DNA of 62,672 nt, the filler included, from an uncultured bacterium (GTDB lineage Bacteria; CAZDME01; JAYEMH01): NCBI GenBank assembly GCA_964506785.1. It is 3 parts of 3 records of this genome, joined end to end, with 100 filler letters (N's around TTAATTAATTAA, not from the genome) between each part and the next. Parts side by side here need not be neighbours in the genome. Positions count along the whole stretch, not along the records: positions 21,187 to 41,977 come from CAZDME010000020.1; 2 more parts are not named here. One strand, written 5' to 3'. The position numbers and the translations under genes were made by a program. The notes beneath the pieces were generated by a model. It did no database searches, was not told the DNA's origin, and saw only the letters and a list, made by a program, of their open reading frames with translations. This document shows positions 28,991 to 39,090 of the stretch, piece after piece; positions within the stretch are counted from its first letter, which is position 1, and every line of letters starts with the position of its first letter.

Positions 28991-30415
28991 ATGAGTGGGA
29001 TCTTCGGCGTGGTTAGCCAGAAGAATTGCTCTGAACTTTTGTTTTATGGCACTGATTATCATTCTCACCTGGGAACAGAATTTGCCGGACTGGCCGTTTG
29101 CGGCAAAAGGATAGTCCGTAAGATTCGCCAGATTAATCAGGCTCAATTTAAAGCCAAGTTCCAAGATGAATATAAGACGATGCTTGGCAATAAAGGAATC
29201 GGTGTCATTAGTTCCCAGGACGAACAGCCCATTTATCTTAATTCTAAATTTGGTCCTTTTGCCATCTGTGTCAATGGATTGATTACTAATTCCCGCCAGT
29301 TAGTCAGGGAAATGCACCAGGATGGAGTATCCTTTAGCGAAACCAGTGAGGATACAGTTAATATGGCCGAACTGGCAGGCAAGATAATCAGCCGGGGTAA
29401 CAATATTGGCGATGGCATCGAAAAGATGTTTGCCCGGATAGAAGGGGCCTGTTCTTTGTTAATTCTACACCAGGATGGTGTTTATGCCGCCCGGGATAAA
29501 AGGGGTTTATCTCCTTTGGTGGTTGGTGAAAAAGAGGAAGCTTGGGCGGTTACCTCTGAGACCACCGCTTTCCCTAATTTAGGGTTTAGGGTAAAGAAAT
29601 ATCTGTCTCCGGGGGAAATTGTTTTACTTACGGAAAAAGGGCCGAAACTTAGAAGTAAGGGAGAGAAAAACGAGCAAATTTGCGCTTTTCTCTGGATTTA
29701 TACCGGTTTCCCAGCCTCCAGTTATGAAGGGATAAATGTAGAAATGGTCAGGGAAAAGTCTGGTCAGTTTTTAGCTAAAAATGATAATGTTAATCCAGAT
29801 ATAGTTAGCGGAGTCCCTGATTCAGGCACCGCTCACGCCATTGGTTACGCTATGGAATCAAAAGTGCCTTTACGGCGCCCTCTGGTTAAATATACCCCGG
29901 GTTATGATCGCAGTTACACCCCGCCTTCCCAAAGGACTCGGGATCTTATTGCCAAAATGAAATTGGTGCCTATTCATCAACTGATTAAAGGAAAGAAAAT
30001 TGTTATCTGCGAAGATTCTATTGTCCGGGGCACCCAATTAAAAAACTATACCGTTCAGAAGCTCTGGAATAACGGGGCCAAAGAGATTCATATTCGTCCT
30101 GCTTGTCCGCCGCTGATGTTTCCCTGCATATTTAATGTTTCTACCCGCTCGATCGATGAGTTAATTGCTCGAAAGGCAATTAAAGCCCTGGAAAGGAAAA
30201 GCCCTAAAGATATCAGCGAGTATCTTGATTCAGGTTCTCGGAAATATAAGCGAATGGTTGAATGGATAAGAAAAAATCTGGGGGTAACCAGTTTAAAATA
30301 TCAAACCATTGATGATATGGTAAAGGCTATTGGATTGCCCAAAAAGAAACTTTGCCTTTATTGCTGGAACGGAAAATTTCCTCCACCTTCCCCAAATTCT
30401 AAAGGATCCGGGTAA
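28991..30415 (+). CDS. purF: amidophosphoribosyltransferase homologue lacking the catalytic N-terminal Cys
   Basis: N-terminus MSGIFG; GVPDSG, EDSIVRGT PRPP motif; Fe-S cysteines (ICAF, PACPP, CLYC). Confidence 0.8.
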   Translation: MSGIFGVVSQKNCSELLFYGTDYHSHLGTEFAGLAVCGKRIVRKIRQINQAQFKAKFQDEYKTMLGNKGIGVISSQDEQPIYLNSKFGPFAICVNGLITNSRQLVREMHQDGVSFSETSEDTVNMAELAGKIISRGNNIGDGIEKMFARIEGACSLLILHQDGVYAARDKRGLSPLVVGEKEEAWAVTSETTAFPNLGFRVKKYLSPGEIVLLTEKGPKLRSKGEKNEQICAFLWIYTGFPASSYEGINVEMVREKSGQFLAKNDNVNPDIVSGVPDSGTAHAIGYAMESKVPLRRPLVKYTPGYDRSYTPPSQRTRDLIAKMKLVPIHQLIKGKKIVICEDSIVRGTQLKNYTVQKLWNNGAKEIHIRPACPPLMFPCIFNVSTRSIDELIARKAIKALERKSPKDISEYLDSGSRKYKRMVEWIRKNLGVTSLKYQTIDDMVKAIGLPKKKLCLYCWNGKFPPPSPNSKGSG

Positions 30416-30532
30416 AAAGAAATTCCTTTTTCTCTGATAAAGGCAAGCCGGCGCCTCTGCTTGGCAAGCAGCTTGAGTCGTGTTTTTCTGCCTGGCAGAG
30501 ATTAAGGTTTATGGAGGGTTACACTGGCAGCT

Positions 30533-31213
30533 TTGCTTAATGGTTTAGCTATTCATTTAGAAGGGTTTTCTATCTTAACTTATCTTTCCGTTTTTTTAGG
30601 GGGATTTCTTATTTCCTTTACCCCCTGTGTTTACCCTTTAATCCCTATCATTATCGGCTATATAGGCGGGCAGAAAGAAAAATCCCGGCCCAGAGCCTTT
30701 TTCCTTTCTCTGATTTATGTTTTAGGTATGGCCATCACTTACTCAATTTTAGGAGCGGCCGCGGCTTTCTCGGGAAAAATTTTTGGCGAAATTCAAACCA
30801 GCCCTTTAGCCCACATTATCGTCGGCAATATTATCATTTTCCTGGGACTTTCCCTTTTGGGTGTTTTTAAACTGCCTTTTTTTTCCTTTGGCGAGAAGCT
30901 GAAGCTAAAGGGCCTGGGTTCTTTAGGGATGGGAATGGTTTCTGGTTTAATTGCCTCGCCCTGTGTTTCGCCGGTTTTAGGAGTATTACTTGCTTTTGTT
31001 GCTACCAAGCAAAATGTTTTTTATGGGCTAAGTTTGCTTTTTACCTTTGCCTTAGGCATGGGGGTGCTTTTATTGGTTGCTGGCACTTTTACCGGGGTAC
31101 TAATGGCTTTGCCCAAGTCGGGAAAATGGATGGAACGGATTGAAAAGGTTTTTGGCATTTTTATGATATTTTTGGGCCAGTACTTCATCATTAAAGGGGG
31201 ATATTTGTTATGA
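30533..31213 (+). CDS. ccdA: CcdA/DsbD-type transmembrane thiol-disulfide transporter
   Basis: SFTPCVYP and ASPCVSP; six TM helices; PKSGKWM. Confidence 0.9.
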   Translation: MLNGLAIHLEGFSILTYLSVFLGGFLISFTPCVYPLIPIIIGYIGGQKEKSRPRAFFLSLIYVLGMAITYSILGAAAAFSGKIFGEIQTSPLAHIIVGNIIIFLGLSLLGVFKLPFFSFGEKLKLKGLGSLGMGMVSGLIASPCVSPVLGVLLAFVATKQNVFYGLSLLFTFALGMGVLLLVAGTFTGVLMALPKSGKWMERIEKVFGIFMIFLGQYFIIKGGYLL

Positions 31214-31716
31214 AAAAGATTTTTTTTATAGGCTTTATCACGTTTTTTCTTGGATTAGCAGTGGGCTGTGGCCGCCAGGAAGAAGCTTCAATCTCAGCTG
31301 CCACTGGGGTTGAATACGGAAAAGCCCCGTTTTTTTCTCTGGCGAATTTAGATGGGGAGATAGTCAACTTGGAAGATTTAATTAGCAAAAAAATCATTCT
31401 TCTTAATTTTCAATCCATTAATTGTCCTCATTGTTCAACCATGATTCCTTCTTTAAAAAGGTTAAATAAGGAGTACGAAAAACAGGTAAAACTTCTCAGT
31501 ATTTATGTAAGGGGCGGGATAACCAGGCTTAACTCTTTGGTTAAAAGTCGTGGCATCGAATATACTGTCCTTTTCGATGATACACAAGAGGTGTCCTATC
31601 AGTACGGAATTATCGGTGTGCCTACCCTGTTTGTCATAGATTTGGAAGGTGACATCAGGTATGTGGGCTATGATATTAACAAGGCCGAGGAAATAATAAA
31701 GGAGTTACTCGGTTAA
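31210..31716 (+). CDS. TlpA/ResA-like thioredoxin lipoprotein
   Basis: Lipobox LAVGC, CPHC active site, GVPT cis-Pro loop. Confidence 0.88.
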   Translation: MKKIFFIGFITFFLGLAVGCGRQEEASISAATGVEYGKAPFFSLANLDGEIVNLEDLISKKIILLNFQSINCPHCSTMIPSLKRLNKEYEKQVKLLSIYVRGGITRLNSLVKSRGIEYTVLFDDTQEVSYQYGIIGVPTLFVIDLEGDIRYVGYDINKAEEIIKELLG

Positions 31717-31730
31717 GCTATTTTGTATCA

Positions 31731-32159
31731 ATGGATAACCAGGATTTAATTGAATTAATAAAGGATGCCTCAGAGCCTTTGATGCTCAGGGTTTCAGGGT
31801 CCAGTATGTTTCCGTTTCTGAAGGCAGGCGATAAAGTAAAGGTTAGAAAAGAATCTTTATCTAAAGTTCCCGCAGGAAGTTTGATTATCTACCAGGAAGG
31901 TGGCCGGTTGTTTTCTCACCGGTTAATACAAAAGATTAAAGGAAAGGAAAAATATTTTTTTCTGGAGAAGGGGGATAACACACTGAACTTTTCTCTGCGA
32001 GGTGAAGATGATTATCTGGGTAAGGTGGAAAAGATTGAATCGCAGGAAAAAATTAAAGATTTAGAAAGGTTCCCTCAAGTTTTTTTCAATAAAATTTTTC
32101 TCATCTGGGATCTTCTCCTTATAAATTTAATAAGGTTTAAACGGAATCTAGCTTTTTGA
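31731..32159 (+). CDS. S24/S26 peptidase-like protein
   Basis: VSGSSMFPFLKAGD, HRL, EKGDN. Confidence 0.75.
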   Translation: MDNQDLIELIKDASEPLMLRVSGSSMFPFLKAGDKVKVRKESLSKVPAGSLIIYQEGGRLFSHRLIQKIKGKEKYFFLEKGDNTLNFSLRGEDDYLGKVEKIESQEKIKDLERFPQVFFNKIFLIWDLLLINLIRFKRNLAF

Positions 32160-32225
32160 TATTTATCTGTTCGTTTTTTGGATATTTACTGTGGCGCTTA
32201 ACGAATCTTAAAAGGGGAATTTATT

Positions 32226-34652
32226 ATGGATAAAAAATTAGAACTTCCGCTGGAGAAACTTAAGTGGAGCTGCGATCCTAATCTTTTTAAGTTTAAAACT
32301 ACAGCTGAACTTTCCCCCTTCGATGGAGTGATTAGTCAGAAGAGGGCTGTCCACGCTCTGGATTTTGGCTTAGGTATTACTGGAGAAGGATTTAATATTT
32401 ATATCAGCGGCCCGATTGGCACGGGCCGCTCATCAACAGCTAAATCAGCCGTGGAGAAAATTGCCGGCGGTCAACCGGTGCCGGATGACCTTTGTTTTCT
32501 GCATAATTTTAAGGACGATAGCCGGCCCTGGGCGGTATTTCTGCCTGCCGGGATAGGCAACCAGCTGGTTAAAGATATGGACGAGCTGGTTAAGGATTTA
32601 AAGAAAGAAATCCCTAAAGGTTTCGAAAGCCCTGAATACCAAGAAGAAAAAAATAGATTGCTTAAAAGTTATGATATAGAACGGGAGGAGGTTTTAGCTT
32701 CTTTAAACGAGAAAGCCCGCTTAATGAATTTCACCCTTCAGAAAAGCCTGGGCAGTATTAGCACGGTCCCTTTAAAGCATAACCGCCCTATGAGTGAAGA
32801 AGATTTCCAGGCTTTATCGGAAAAAGAAAAGAAGGAGCTAAGAGAAAAAAGCGAAGAGTTGCAAAATGATTTAGATGCGGCCATGAGGAAGGTAAGAGAG
32901 GTTGAGAAAAAAATCAAAGAGAGGATAAAAAAGATTGAAACGCAAATTGTTCTTTTTTCAGTGAGGCATATTTTAGAGGAATTGAGGCAGTCCTATAAAA
33001 ATTTCCCTAAGCTTAAAGATTATTTTGATGAAATTCAGAAAGATATTTTAGAAAATTTTGAGGATTTTCGCAAACGCGATGCCGTTGAGTCACCCATCCC
33101 GGGTTTAAAACTGCCGGCAGACGAACCATCTTTCAGCCGCTATAAGGTCAATGTTGCCGTGGATAATAGCCGTCTTAAAGGGGCGCCGGTAATTATTGAG
33201 TCAAATCCTACTTATTCTAATTTGATTGGCAAAATTGAATACCGCTCTCGTTTTGGAAGCATGATGACGGATTTTACCATGATTAAAGCCGGCACGCTCC
33301 TAGAAGCTAATGGAGGATACCTGATAATTCAGGCCTTGGATGTTTTAAGAGGCTTTTTTACCTGGGAAGGGCTCAAACGTTGTATAAAAAACAGAGAGGT
33401 AGTTATTGAAAGCGTTGGTGAGCAATTTACCTTGGTCTCTATCCCAACTTTAAAGCCAGAAGCTGCTCCGATTAAAGTTAAGGTAATTATGATTGGCAGT
33501 CCCCTCATTTACCATCTCCTTTACATCCTGGACGAAGATTTTCGAAAGCTTTTTAAGGTTAAAGCGGATTTTGATGTCCAGATGCCTCGAAGCGATGAAA
33601 ATATCAAGGAATATGCCGCTTTTATAAGCGCTTTTTGTAAGCGTGAAGGGCTGCTTCATTTCGACCGGGAAGCAGTAGCTAAGGTCGTTGAATATAGCGT
33701 GCGCATTTCCGCAGATAAAGAAAAACTTTCCACCCGGTTTATTAAAATAGCGGATTTGATTAACGAGGCTGATTATTGGGCGCAAAAAAAGAAGGCCAAA
33801 ATAATCTCAAGCGAGCATATTGAATTGGCTGTTAAAGAGAAGATTAAGCGTTCTTCTCAAATTGAGGAAAAAATTCAAGAGTTGATTAGTCAGGGAACAA
33901 TTATGATTGATACCGCAGGTAGCTTTCCTGGACAGGTAAATGGCATTTCGGTGCTTGACTTGGGTGATTATATGTTTGGTAAACCTTCCCGAATTACGGC
34001 TAAGACTTTTATGGGACAAGCCGGGGTAGTGGATATTGAAAGAGAGTCCAAAATTGGAGGAAACATCCATCATAAAGGGACCTTGATTATTTCCGGTTTT
34101 TTGGGTTCTCTTTTTGCCCAGGATAAACCGCTTTCCCTTTCGGCGAGTATTTGTTTTGAACAGCTTTATGAAGAAGTGGAAGGGGACAGTGCTTCCAGCG
34201 CCGAACTTTACGCCATCCTTTCGGCTTTATCAGGGATGCCTATTGACCAGCAGATTGCCGTTACTGGTTCGGTCAATCAAAATGGCCAGATTCAGCCGAT
34301 TGGCGGTGTCAATCAGAAAATTGAAGGTTTCTTCTATACCTGTAAAGTAAAGGGTTTGACTGGAAATCAAGGGGTAATGATTCCCGAGACAAATGTCAGG
34401 CATTTGATGCTGCGGGATGAAATCATTGAGGCAGTTAAAAAAGGCCAGTTTCATATCTGGGCCGTCAAAACCATTGAAGAGGGAATTGAAATTTTAACCG
34501 GAAAACCAGCCGGGAAAAGGCAGCCTGATGGAAGTTTTCCCAAAGGAACGGTTTTTTATCTGGCGGATAAACGTCTGCATGATTTAGCCTCGGGTTTAAA
34601 AAAATTCGCCGTTCAAACTAAGAAAAGGGCTAAGAAAAATGAAACCAGTTAA
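32226..34652 (+). CDS. LonC-like (AAA_32 / Lon C-terminal) protease
   Basis: GPIGTGRS Walker-A-like, ANGGYL, EGDSASSAE, QPIGGVNQKIEGF. Confidence 0.9.
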   Translation: MDKKLELPLEKLKWSCDPNLFKFKTTAELSPFDGVISQKRAVHALDFGLGITGEGFNIYISGPIGTGRSSTAKSAVEKIAGGQPVPDDLCFLHNFKDDSRPWAVFLPAGIGNQLVKDMDELVKDLKKEIPKGFESPEYQEEKNRLLKSYDIEREEVLASLNEKARLMNFTLQKSLGSISTVPLKHNRPMSEEDFQALSEKEKKELREKSEELQNDLDAAMRKVREVEKKIKERIKKIETQIVLFSVRHILEELRQSYKNFPKLKDYFDEIQKDILENFEDFRKRDAVESPIPGLKLPADEPSFSRYKVNVAVDNSRLKGAPVIIESNPTYSNLIGKIEYRSRFGSMMTDFTMIKAGTLLEANGGYLIIQALDVLRGFFTWEGLKRCIKNREVVIESVGEQFTLVSIPTLKPEAAPIKVKVIMIGSPLIYHLLYILDEDFRKLFKVKADFDVQMPRSDENIKEYAAFISAFCKREGLLHFDREAVAKVVEYSVRISADKEKLSTRFIKIADLINEADYWAQKKKAKIISSEHIELAVKEKIKRSSQIEEKIQELISQGTIMIDTAGSFPGQVNGISVLDLGDYMFGKPSRITAKTFMGQAGVVDIERESKIGGNIHHKGTLIISGFLGSLFAQDKPLSLSASICFEQLYEEVEGDSASSAELYAILSALSGMPIDQQIAVTGSVNQNGQIQPIGGVNQKIEGFFYTCKVKGLTGNQGVMIPETNVRHLMLRDEIIEAVKKGQFHIWAVKTIEEGIEILTGKPAGKRQPDGSFPKGTVFYLADKRLHDLASGLKKFAVQTKKRAKKNETS

Positions 34653-35412
34653 GATAATTCCCTGTTTAGATGTAAAAGAGGGAAGGGTAGTTAAAGGAAT
34701 AAAATTTGTGAATCTCCGTGATGCCAGGGATCCGGTTGAAGCCGCCGAAATTTATTGCCGCCAGGGAGCCGATGAACTGGTATTTCTGGATATTGCTGCC
34801 ACCGTTGAAAACCGCCCCACCCGGCTGGAATGGGTCAAAAAAGTAGTTGATAAAGTTACTATTCCTTTTGCCGTAGGCGGCGGAATCAGGAATGTTTCTG
34901 ATATGGCCGCACTTTTTGATTTAGGGGTGGATAAGGTTTCTATCAATACGGCCGCCTTCAAAAATCCCCAATTGATTAAGGAAGCCAGCCTTAAATTTGG
35001 GAAGGAAAAGATTGTGGCGGCTATTGATGGAACAAAGAATCCCCCGGGAAGCGGTAGGCCACGGCTGGAAGTTTTAATCAGCGGTGGGGAGGAAGCCACC
35101 GGGAAAGATATTATTAAGTGGGCCAGGGAGGTAGAAAACTTAGGAGCCGGTGAAATTCTTCTAACCAGCAAGGATGCCGATGGGACGAAAGATGGCTATG
35201 ATTTGGAGATGACCCGGGCGGTTGCCGAAGCGGTAACTATTCCAGTAACCGCCTCAGGAGGAGCCGGCAGCCTCCAGGATTTATATAAAGCGGTAGTTGA
35301 AGGAAAAGCCTCGGCGGTTTTAGCCGCCTCTGTCTTTCATTTTGGCGAGATTTCTATCCCTGAAACTAAAAAATATCTGGCCAAAAGAGGGCTTAAGGTT
35401 ATTTCTTCATAG
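34639..35412 (+). CDS. hisF: imidazole glycerol phosphate synthase cyclase subunit
   Basis: IIPCLDV, GADELVFLDI, GAGEILLTS, DGTKDGYD, ASGGAG. Confidence 0.93.
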   Translation: MKPVKIIPCLDVKEGRVVKGIKFVNLRDARDPVEAAEIYCRQGADELVFLDIAATVENRPTRLEWVKKVVDKVTIPFAVGGGIRNVSDMAALFDLGVDKVSINTAAFKNPQLIKEASLKFGKEKIVAAIDGTKNPPGSGRPRLEVLISGGEEATGKDIIKWAREVENLGAGEILLTSKDADGTKDGYDLEMTRAVAEAVTIPVTASGGAGSLQDLYKAVVEGKASAVLAASVFHFGEISIPETKKYLAKRGLKVISS

Positions 35413-35418
35413 ATTTCC

Positions 35419-36225
35419 ATGCCTAAGGTAAGTGTTGTTATTCCCACCCATAATCGCGCTTCACTTTTAAAAGAGGCTATTAATTCAGTTTTTCAGCAGA
35501 CCTTTTCTGATTTTGAATTAATTATTGTTGATGACGGTTCAACTGATGAAACGGCTCAGTTAATCAAAGATTATCCCGCCATTCGCTATATCTATCAGAG
35601 AAATAGAGGGGTAAGTTTTGCCCGAAACCAAGGCATCAAACTGGCTCAAGGAGAATTCGTTTCTTTTCTTGATTCCGATGATTTATGGCTGGATAATAAA
35701 CTGAAAAGACAAGTAGATTTCTTTAGGCGCAATCCCAAAGCTTATATTGTCCAAACCGAAGAAATCTGGCTGAAGGATGGGCGGCCGCACAATCCGAAAA
35801 AACGGCATAAAAAATATTCCGGTTATATCTTAAAGGAATGTTTGCCCCTTTGTATTGTTAGCCCTTCGGCGGTGATGTTAAGGCGGGAAATCTTTGAAAA
35901 AGTGGGATTTTTTGATGAATCTTTGCCGGTTTGTGAAGACTATGATTTCTGGCTCAGGGTAGGGGTGTTTTATCCTATCCATTTAATTAATGAACCGCTG
36001 ATTATCAAAAGGGCTCGGTTTCCTGACCAGCTTTCACATCGCTTTTGGGGGATGGATCGTTTTCGGCTGAAAGCCATAAAGAAGCTTTTGAGAGAGGATA
36101 TTTCGCCTGAGATGAAAGAGGAGGCGATGAAAGTTTTTAAGGAGAAAAGAAAAATTCTTATTCGCGGCTGTCTTAAACGCCGGCGGTATCTTCCGGCCCT
36201 TTTTTATCGATTTTCTTTTCGCTGA
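35419..36225 (+). CDS. family 2 glycosyltransferase
   Basis: VSVVIPTHNR, VDDGSTD, FLDSDD, CEDYDFW. Confidence 0.92.
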   Translation: MPKVSVVIPTHNRASLLKEAINSVFQQTFSDFELIIVDDGSTDETAQLIKDYPAIRYIYQRNRGVSFARNQGIKLAQGEFVSFLDSDDLWLDNKLKRQVDFFRRNPKAYIVQTEEIWLKDGRPHNPKKRHKKYSGYILKECLPLCIVSPSAVMLRREIFEKVGFFDESLPVCEDYDFWLRVGVFYPIHLINEPLIIKRARFPDQLSHRFWGMDRFRLKAIKKLLREDISPEMKEEAMKVFKEKRKILIRGCLKRRRYLPALFYRFSFR

Positions 36226-36276
36226 ATAAATTTAGTAATCTGGCGGCATTTTTTTGCCCCTTTTAAAGGTCTTGCC

Positions 36277-37017
36277 TTGATAAAGTTAAAGCCGACATTT
36301 AATCTGGATAAAGTTTTTTTAAAGGTTTTTGGCTCTTCCCCCGACTTTATTGCCAAAAAGGTGGTAATTTCTCCTTTTATTAGTCCAGACCGGTTCAAAT
36401 TACATTTTAAAAAAGAGACCGTTAAAGAATTCTCCGGTGAACTTTATAGGGGGGTGACCGGCCGGTTCTATAACGGTTTGATAACCTTTATTAAAACGGG
36501 CCCGGGCAGAGTTCTTCTTAAGGATTGCCTTTTTTTTCTAAGTCATGCCGGGGTAAAAGAGATGTTATTTCTTGGCAGCGCCGGGGGACTCAGAGATTTA
36601 AAAATTGGAGATTTACTTTTATCTCTTCGAGCCACCCCTCATAAAGATTTTAGTAGCTATTCTCTGTCTGACGGGGACTACTCCCGGAAATTGAAAGATT
36701 ATTTTCTCTCTATCGGAAGAAAATCCCAGGTTTTCTTAAAAGAAGGCAAGGTTTTTACCTTATCTTCTCTTTTTGAACAAAACCAGGCTTTTCTTAGGCG
36801 GTTAGAAAAATCAGGATTTTCTGGTTTAGATTTGGAATTGTCCCATTTTTTCCAAGCTGCTACGATTAGTAAAATCAAAGCAGCCGGATTATGTGCCATC
36901 AGCGATCTTCCTTTAAAAAGACCTCTGGGTGAGGTTGATAAAAAGGGAAAAAAACTCCTTTTAAATTCCTTGAATTACGCTATAATCAATGTTCTAAACT
37001 TCCTTATCCGGGAATGA
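36277..37017 (+). CDS. nucleoside phosphorylase-fold (PNP/UDP) protein
   Basis: FLGSAGGL..LKIGDL, G.VFT..S, GLDLE, ISD motifs. Confidence 0.7.
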   Translation: MIKLKPTFNLDKVFLKVFGSSPDFIAKKVVISPFISPDRFKLHFKKETVKEFSGELYRGVTGRFYNGLITFIKTGPGRVLLKDCLFFLSHAGVKEMLFLGSAGGLRDLKIGDLLLSLRATPHKDFSSYSLSDGDYSRKLKDYFLSIGRKSQVFLKEGKVFTLSSLFEQNQAFLRRLEKSGFSGLDLELSHFFQAATISKIKAAGLCAISDLPLKRPLGEVDKKGKKLLLNSLNYAIINVLNFLIRE

Positions 37018-37964
37018 AGAATAAAGAATTGATTGAAATCTCTATAGGCGAAATTAATAATAAGGATAGAACATTTTCTCTGAGTTATCCTCTTTATCCT
37101 CTTCCCCTGGCTTCTTTTATAAAAGAGACCGGATTTATCTCCCCCTTAATCTTACGGAGGCAAAAAGGCAATAGGCGTTACCAGATTGTATCTGGTTTTA
37201 AAAGAGCGGCTATTCTCAAAAAGAGAAGCCAAGGGAAAATTCCCGCTTTTATTTTTTCCGAAAAGGAGATGCCGGATAAAAAAGCCATCCTTTTAAGTTT
37301 TTATGAGAATTTAAGCCATCGCCAGTTTAACGAGATAGAGAAAGCCCTGGCTATAGAGAAGTTATTTTCTTTAGGTAAAATTCCCGAGGAGCGGCTCATC
37401 AATTTTTTCCTTCCCTTGCTTGGTTTGCCGCGCAGCAAGAAATATTTAGATGGTTATTTTGCCTTAAGCGGCCTGGAAGAGCCAGTAAAAAAAGATTTAG
37501 TCCAGGGTATAATCGGTGTTGAAGTCGGAATTATACTTGCCGGTTTTAATCCTTTGGTAAGAAAACTTTTTTTGCGCTTGATAAAAAGGCTCAAGTTAAA
37601 TCAGAATAAAACCAAAGAAGTCATTACCTTGCTTGGGGAAATAAGCCGCCGGGAAGATAGGTTAATCCCTTCTTTACTTAGGGAAGAGCCGATAAGAAAG
37701 GTTCAAAATTTTTCCACCCTCAGGGATTATTTGTTAAACAGGCGTTATCCTGAATTTAAAGCCTATGAGAAGAACTTTTTGAAGTTAACTAAAAAACTCA
37801 AGCTTTCATCGGGAATAAAAATTGTGCCGCCGCCTTTTTTTGAAGACGACAAGTTGAAGATTAATTTAGAGGTAAAAGAGGAAAAGGAATTAGAGGAAAT
37901 TCTTTCCAGCCTTAATAAAGCTTTTAAAAGCAAGCGCTTTGGAGAAATTTTGTCTTTTTTATGA
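37014..37964 (+). CDS. ParB/Srx-domain protein
   Basis: GFISPLIL...YQIVSGFKR, ENLSHRQFNEIEKA; ATGA overlap with the upstream gene. Confidence 0.8.
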   Translation: MKNKELIEISIGEINNKDRTFSLSYPLYPLPLASFIKETGFISPLILRRQKGNRRYQIVSGFKRAAILKKRSQGKIPAFIFSEKEMPDKKAILLSFYENLSHRQFNEIEKALAIEKLFSLGKIPEERLINFFLPLLGLPRSKKYLDGYFALSGLEEPVKKDLVQGIIGVEVGIILAGFNPLVRKLFLRLIKRLKLNQNKTKEVITLLGEISRREDRLIPSLLREEPIRKVQNFSTLRDYLLNRRYPEFKAYEKNFLKLTKKLKLSSGIKIVPPPFFEDDKLKINLEVKEEKELEEILSSLNKAFKSKRFGEILSFL

Positions 37965-37990
37965 ATTAATATGAATTAATATGAATTAAT
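37961..37990. repeat. perfect 10-bp tandem repeat x3
   Basis: ATGAATTAAT x3 spanning the ParB-like stop codon. Confidence 0.9.
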
Positions 37991-37995
37991 AGGAA

Positions 37996-39090
37996 ATGAA
38001 AGACTTTATCCCTGAGGAGATTTTTATCGAGAGGGCGGTTTCAGGCTCAAATTTGGCCGGGGGTATAACCAAAAAATTCCCCCGCTCTAAGATTTTTGAA
38101 ATATCCGGTTTCAAAGATTACCTGAGGTTGTTTTCCCCTGCCCTCTCTATAAATAAGGCAAAAAAGAGGTTATATATTGCTAAACAGAAAGGCAGTTTTC
38201 TTAAGCCCTGCCCGGGCACTTCTGGTTATCTTTGCTGCAATTACTACATTCTGAATATCGGATTTGGCTGTTTCTACGATTGCAGCTATTGCTATCTCCA
38301 AAGTTATCTCAATTTTCCGGGGATAATTCTTTATGCTAACATAGAAGATTTTTTTCGCCAGATCGATATATCTCTCAAGAAAAATCCCCGGCTTTTTTAT
38401 CGGTTAGGGACGGGTGAATTCACTGATTCTTTAGCTTTTGAGAGAATTTTTTCATACGCCGGGGAACTTGTTCCCTTTTTTTCAAATAAGAGAATTATGC
38501 TTGAGTTGAAAACCAAAAGCGATTATGTGGAAAATTTGTTAAATCTTAATCATGGCGGAAGCACCGCTATTTCCTGGTCTCTCAATCCCCCGGGAATAAT
38601 AAGAAATGAGGAAAAAGGAAGCCTGTCTTTAAAAAAGCGCTTGAAGGCGGCTCGTGCCTGCGCCCGGGCCGGATATCCCATTGGCTTTCATTTCGACCCA
38701 ATTATAATTTATTCCGGCTGGCAGGAGGATTACCAGGGAACGATTCAAGAGATTTTTAAATATGTTTCTAAAGAGAACCTTTGCTGGATAAGCTTAGGCA
38801 CCTTGCGCTTTTCTCCCGGGCTCAAAGAGATTATTGCCCGGCGTTTTCCCAAGACGAAAATAATATATGAAGAGTTTATTACCGGACTCGATGGCAAAAT
38901 GCGCTATTTTAAGCCAAAGCGGGTCGAGATTTATCGAAAGATGCTCTCCTGGATAAAGGAATTTGCCCCGGAGGTTCCTGTTTATTTATGCATGGAAAGC
39001 CGGGATGTCTGGAGAAAGGTTTTTGGGTTTTCCCCGAGGGACCCGCGGGAAGTAGAAAAACTTTTTAAAATTAAAAAATGGTTAAATTAA
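37996..39090 (+). CDS. spore photoproduct lyase-like radical SAM protein
   Basis: GCFYDCSYCYLQ (CxxxCxxC), GTGEFTDSL, ELKTKS, WSLNP, GFHFDPII, DGKMRY, YLCME. Confidence 0.88.
   Translation: MKDFIPEEIFIERAVSGSNLAGGITKKFPRSKIFEISGFKDYLRLFSPALSINKAKKRLYIAKQKGSFLKPCPGTSGYLCCNYYILNIGFGCFYDCSYCYLQSYLNFPGIILYANIEDFFRQIDISLKKNPRLFYRLGTGEFTDSLAFERIFSYAGELVPFFSNKRIMLELKTKSDYVENLLNLNHGGSTAISWSLNPPGIIRNEEKGSLSLKKRLKAARACARAGYPIGFHFDPIIIYSGWQEDYQGTIQEIFKYVSKENLCWISLGTLRFSPGLKEIIARRFPKTKIIYEEFITGLDGKMRYFKPKRVEIYRKMLSWIKEFAPEVPVYLCMESRDVWRKVFGFSPRDPREVEKLFKIKKWLN

Noticed and set aside
37014-37964. Chromosome-partition parB
   Set aside because: No adjacent parA, no parS palindrome seen, and the GERR motif is divergent (GFKR).
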